From the NCBI GenBank assembly GCA_963788195.1, contig CAWBGA010000017.1, positions 704,001 to 768,000 of the forward strand: a stretch of 64,000 nucleotides of DNA, read 5' to 3'. Shown piece after piece: positions 63,479-64,000 of the stretch. A program made the translations under genes and the position numbers. Origin of the DNA: Nitrospirota bacterium. Lineage in GTDB: Bacteria > Nitrospirota > Nitrospiria > Nitrospirales > NS-4. Positions within the stretch are counted from its first letter, which is position 1. Every line of letters begins with the position of its first letter. The notes beneath the pieces are model-generated. The model made no database searches, had not been told where the DNA came from, and saw only the letters and a list, made by a program, of their open reading frames with translations.

Positions 63479-64000
63479 CTAGAACAGCACCGAGCCCATC
63501 ACGTAGCCCCAGTTCTGATCGGTCGTGACTGGGAGAGGCACCCTGCACGGTGTTCCCATTGGCGGCCGCGTTGTTGATGTAATCCCCGGTAAAGAAGTGG
63601 CCATAGCCGACTTCAAACTTGAACTTCTCTTTGAACGTCCGGAAATAGTGGACGTCGATCTCCTGCCCGATAGAGGCGGCCGTGTTGTTCGACACCTGAC
63701 TGATCCATACACAACCTGTCCGGCTCGATACCAATTGTCCTTACTGTTTGCCAGCCGGTGAATGATGAAGTTCACCTGTACCTTGCTGACCGGGTCCGGC
63801 TTCACATCGAAAACGACCGCATAGTTCACCATGTTCTTCCAGGCCATCAGATCCATGTAGCCGTAGTGGAAGTGGTTGGTCGGATAGAGGTTATCGAACG
63901 TGTTGGCGCTGGCCGGCAGAGTGCGTCTTGCACAGTTGTCGCCCGCACGAGGCATAGTCAACTTCACAGCCGATACGCGGTTTCATCGGCACGGGTTCGA
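63479..64000 (-). CDS. Alginate-export (AlgE-like) outer-membrane beta-barrel, C-terminal part; frameshifted; begins beyond the right edge
   Basis: TFDNLYPTNHFHYGYMD, IGQEID, GYGHFFTGDY, terminal WGYVMGSVLF. Confidence 0.8.

Overview
This is a bacterial window, most likely from Nitrospirota. The evidence is a Pup gene plus a Nitrospira-like cluster of EB_dh/NxrC-like heme proteins, a TorD chaperone, Tat and Moco genes. Almost all genes are on the minus strand. Left part (1-26.6 kb, accessory-looking): a selenocysteine Tat-exported formate dehydrogenase alpha subunit (fdnG-like, runs off the left edge), a fused cbb3-type oxidase (CcoN-CcoO-two cytochrome c domains) followed by an unannotated 44-aa CcoP-N-terminus-like peptide, an RND efflux operon, a full FhlA-like sigma54 activator and an internally deleted mini-copy, a DUF5132-like tandem protein next to an ABC1/UbiB kinase, GH15, DoxX, an aldo-keto reductase and several gene relics. 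Four intergenic regions here share one architecture: a sigma54 -24/-12 box, an IHF-like site in three of them, and a tandem TGCCGA-N4-TCGGCA-like enhancer. This defines a probable local regulon. Right part (26.8-64 kb): glgA, an Fe-binding protein, relA/spoT, a pup gene with no pupylation genes nearby, and hppA flanked by REP-like inverted repeats. These are followed by a ~28 kb redox/molybdoenzyme maturation region: two pentaheme cytochromes, PDZ, two EB_dh proteins, NHL, tatA, TPR, a B12-radical SAM, TorD, a ferredoxin, an HExxH protein, WD40, a two-component system, an ABC exporter, a NapC-like cytochrome, mobB, moeA, mrp, mog, tatC, DegQ and an AlgE-like porin. Many genes, housekeeping ones included, carry single frameshifts, which suggests uncorrected sequencing indels. 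All calls come from motif recognition by eye; no database searches were run.
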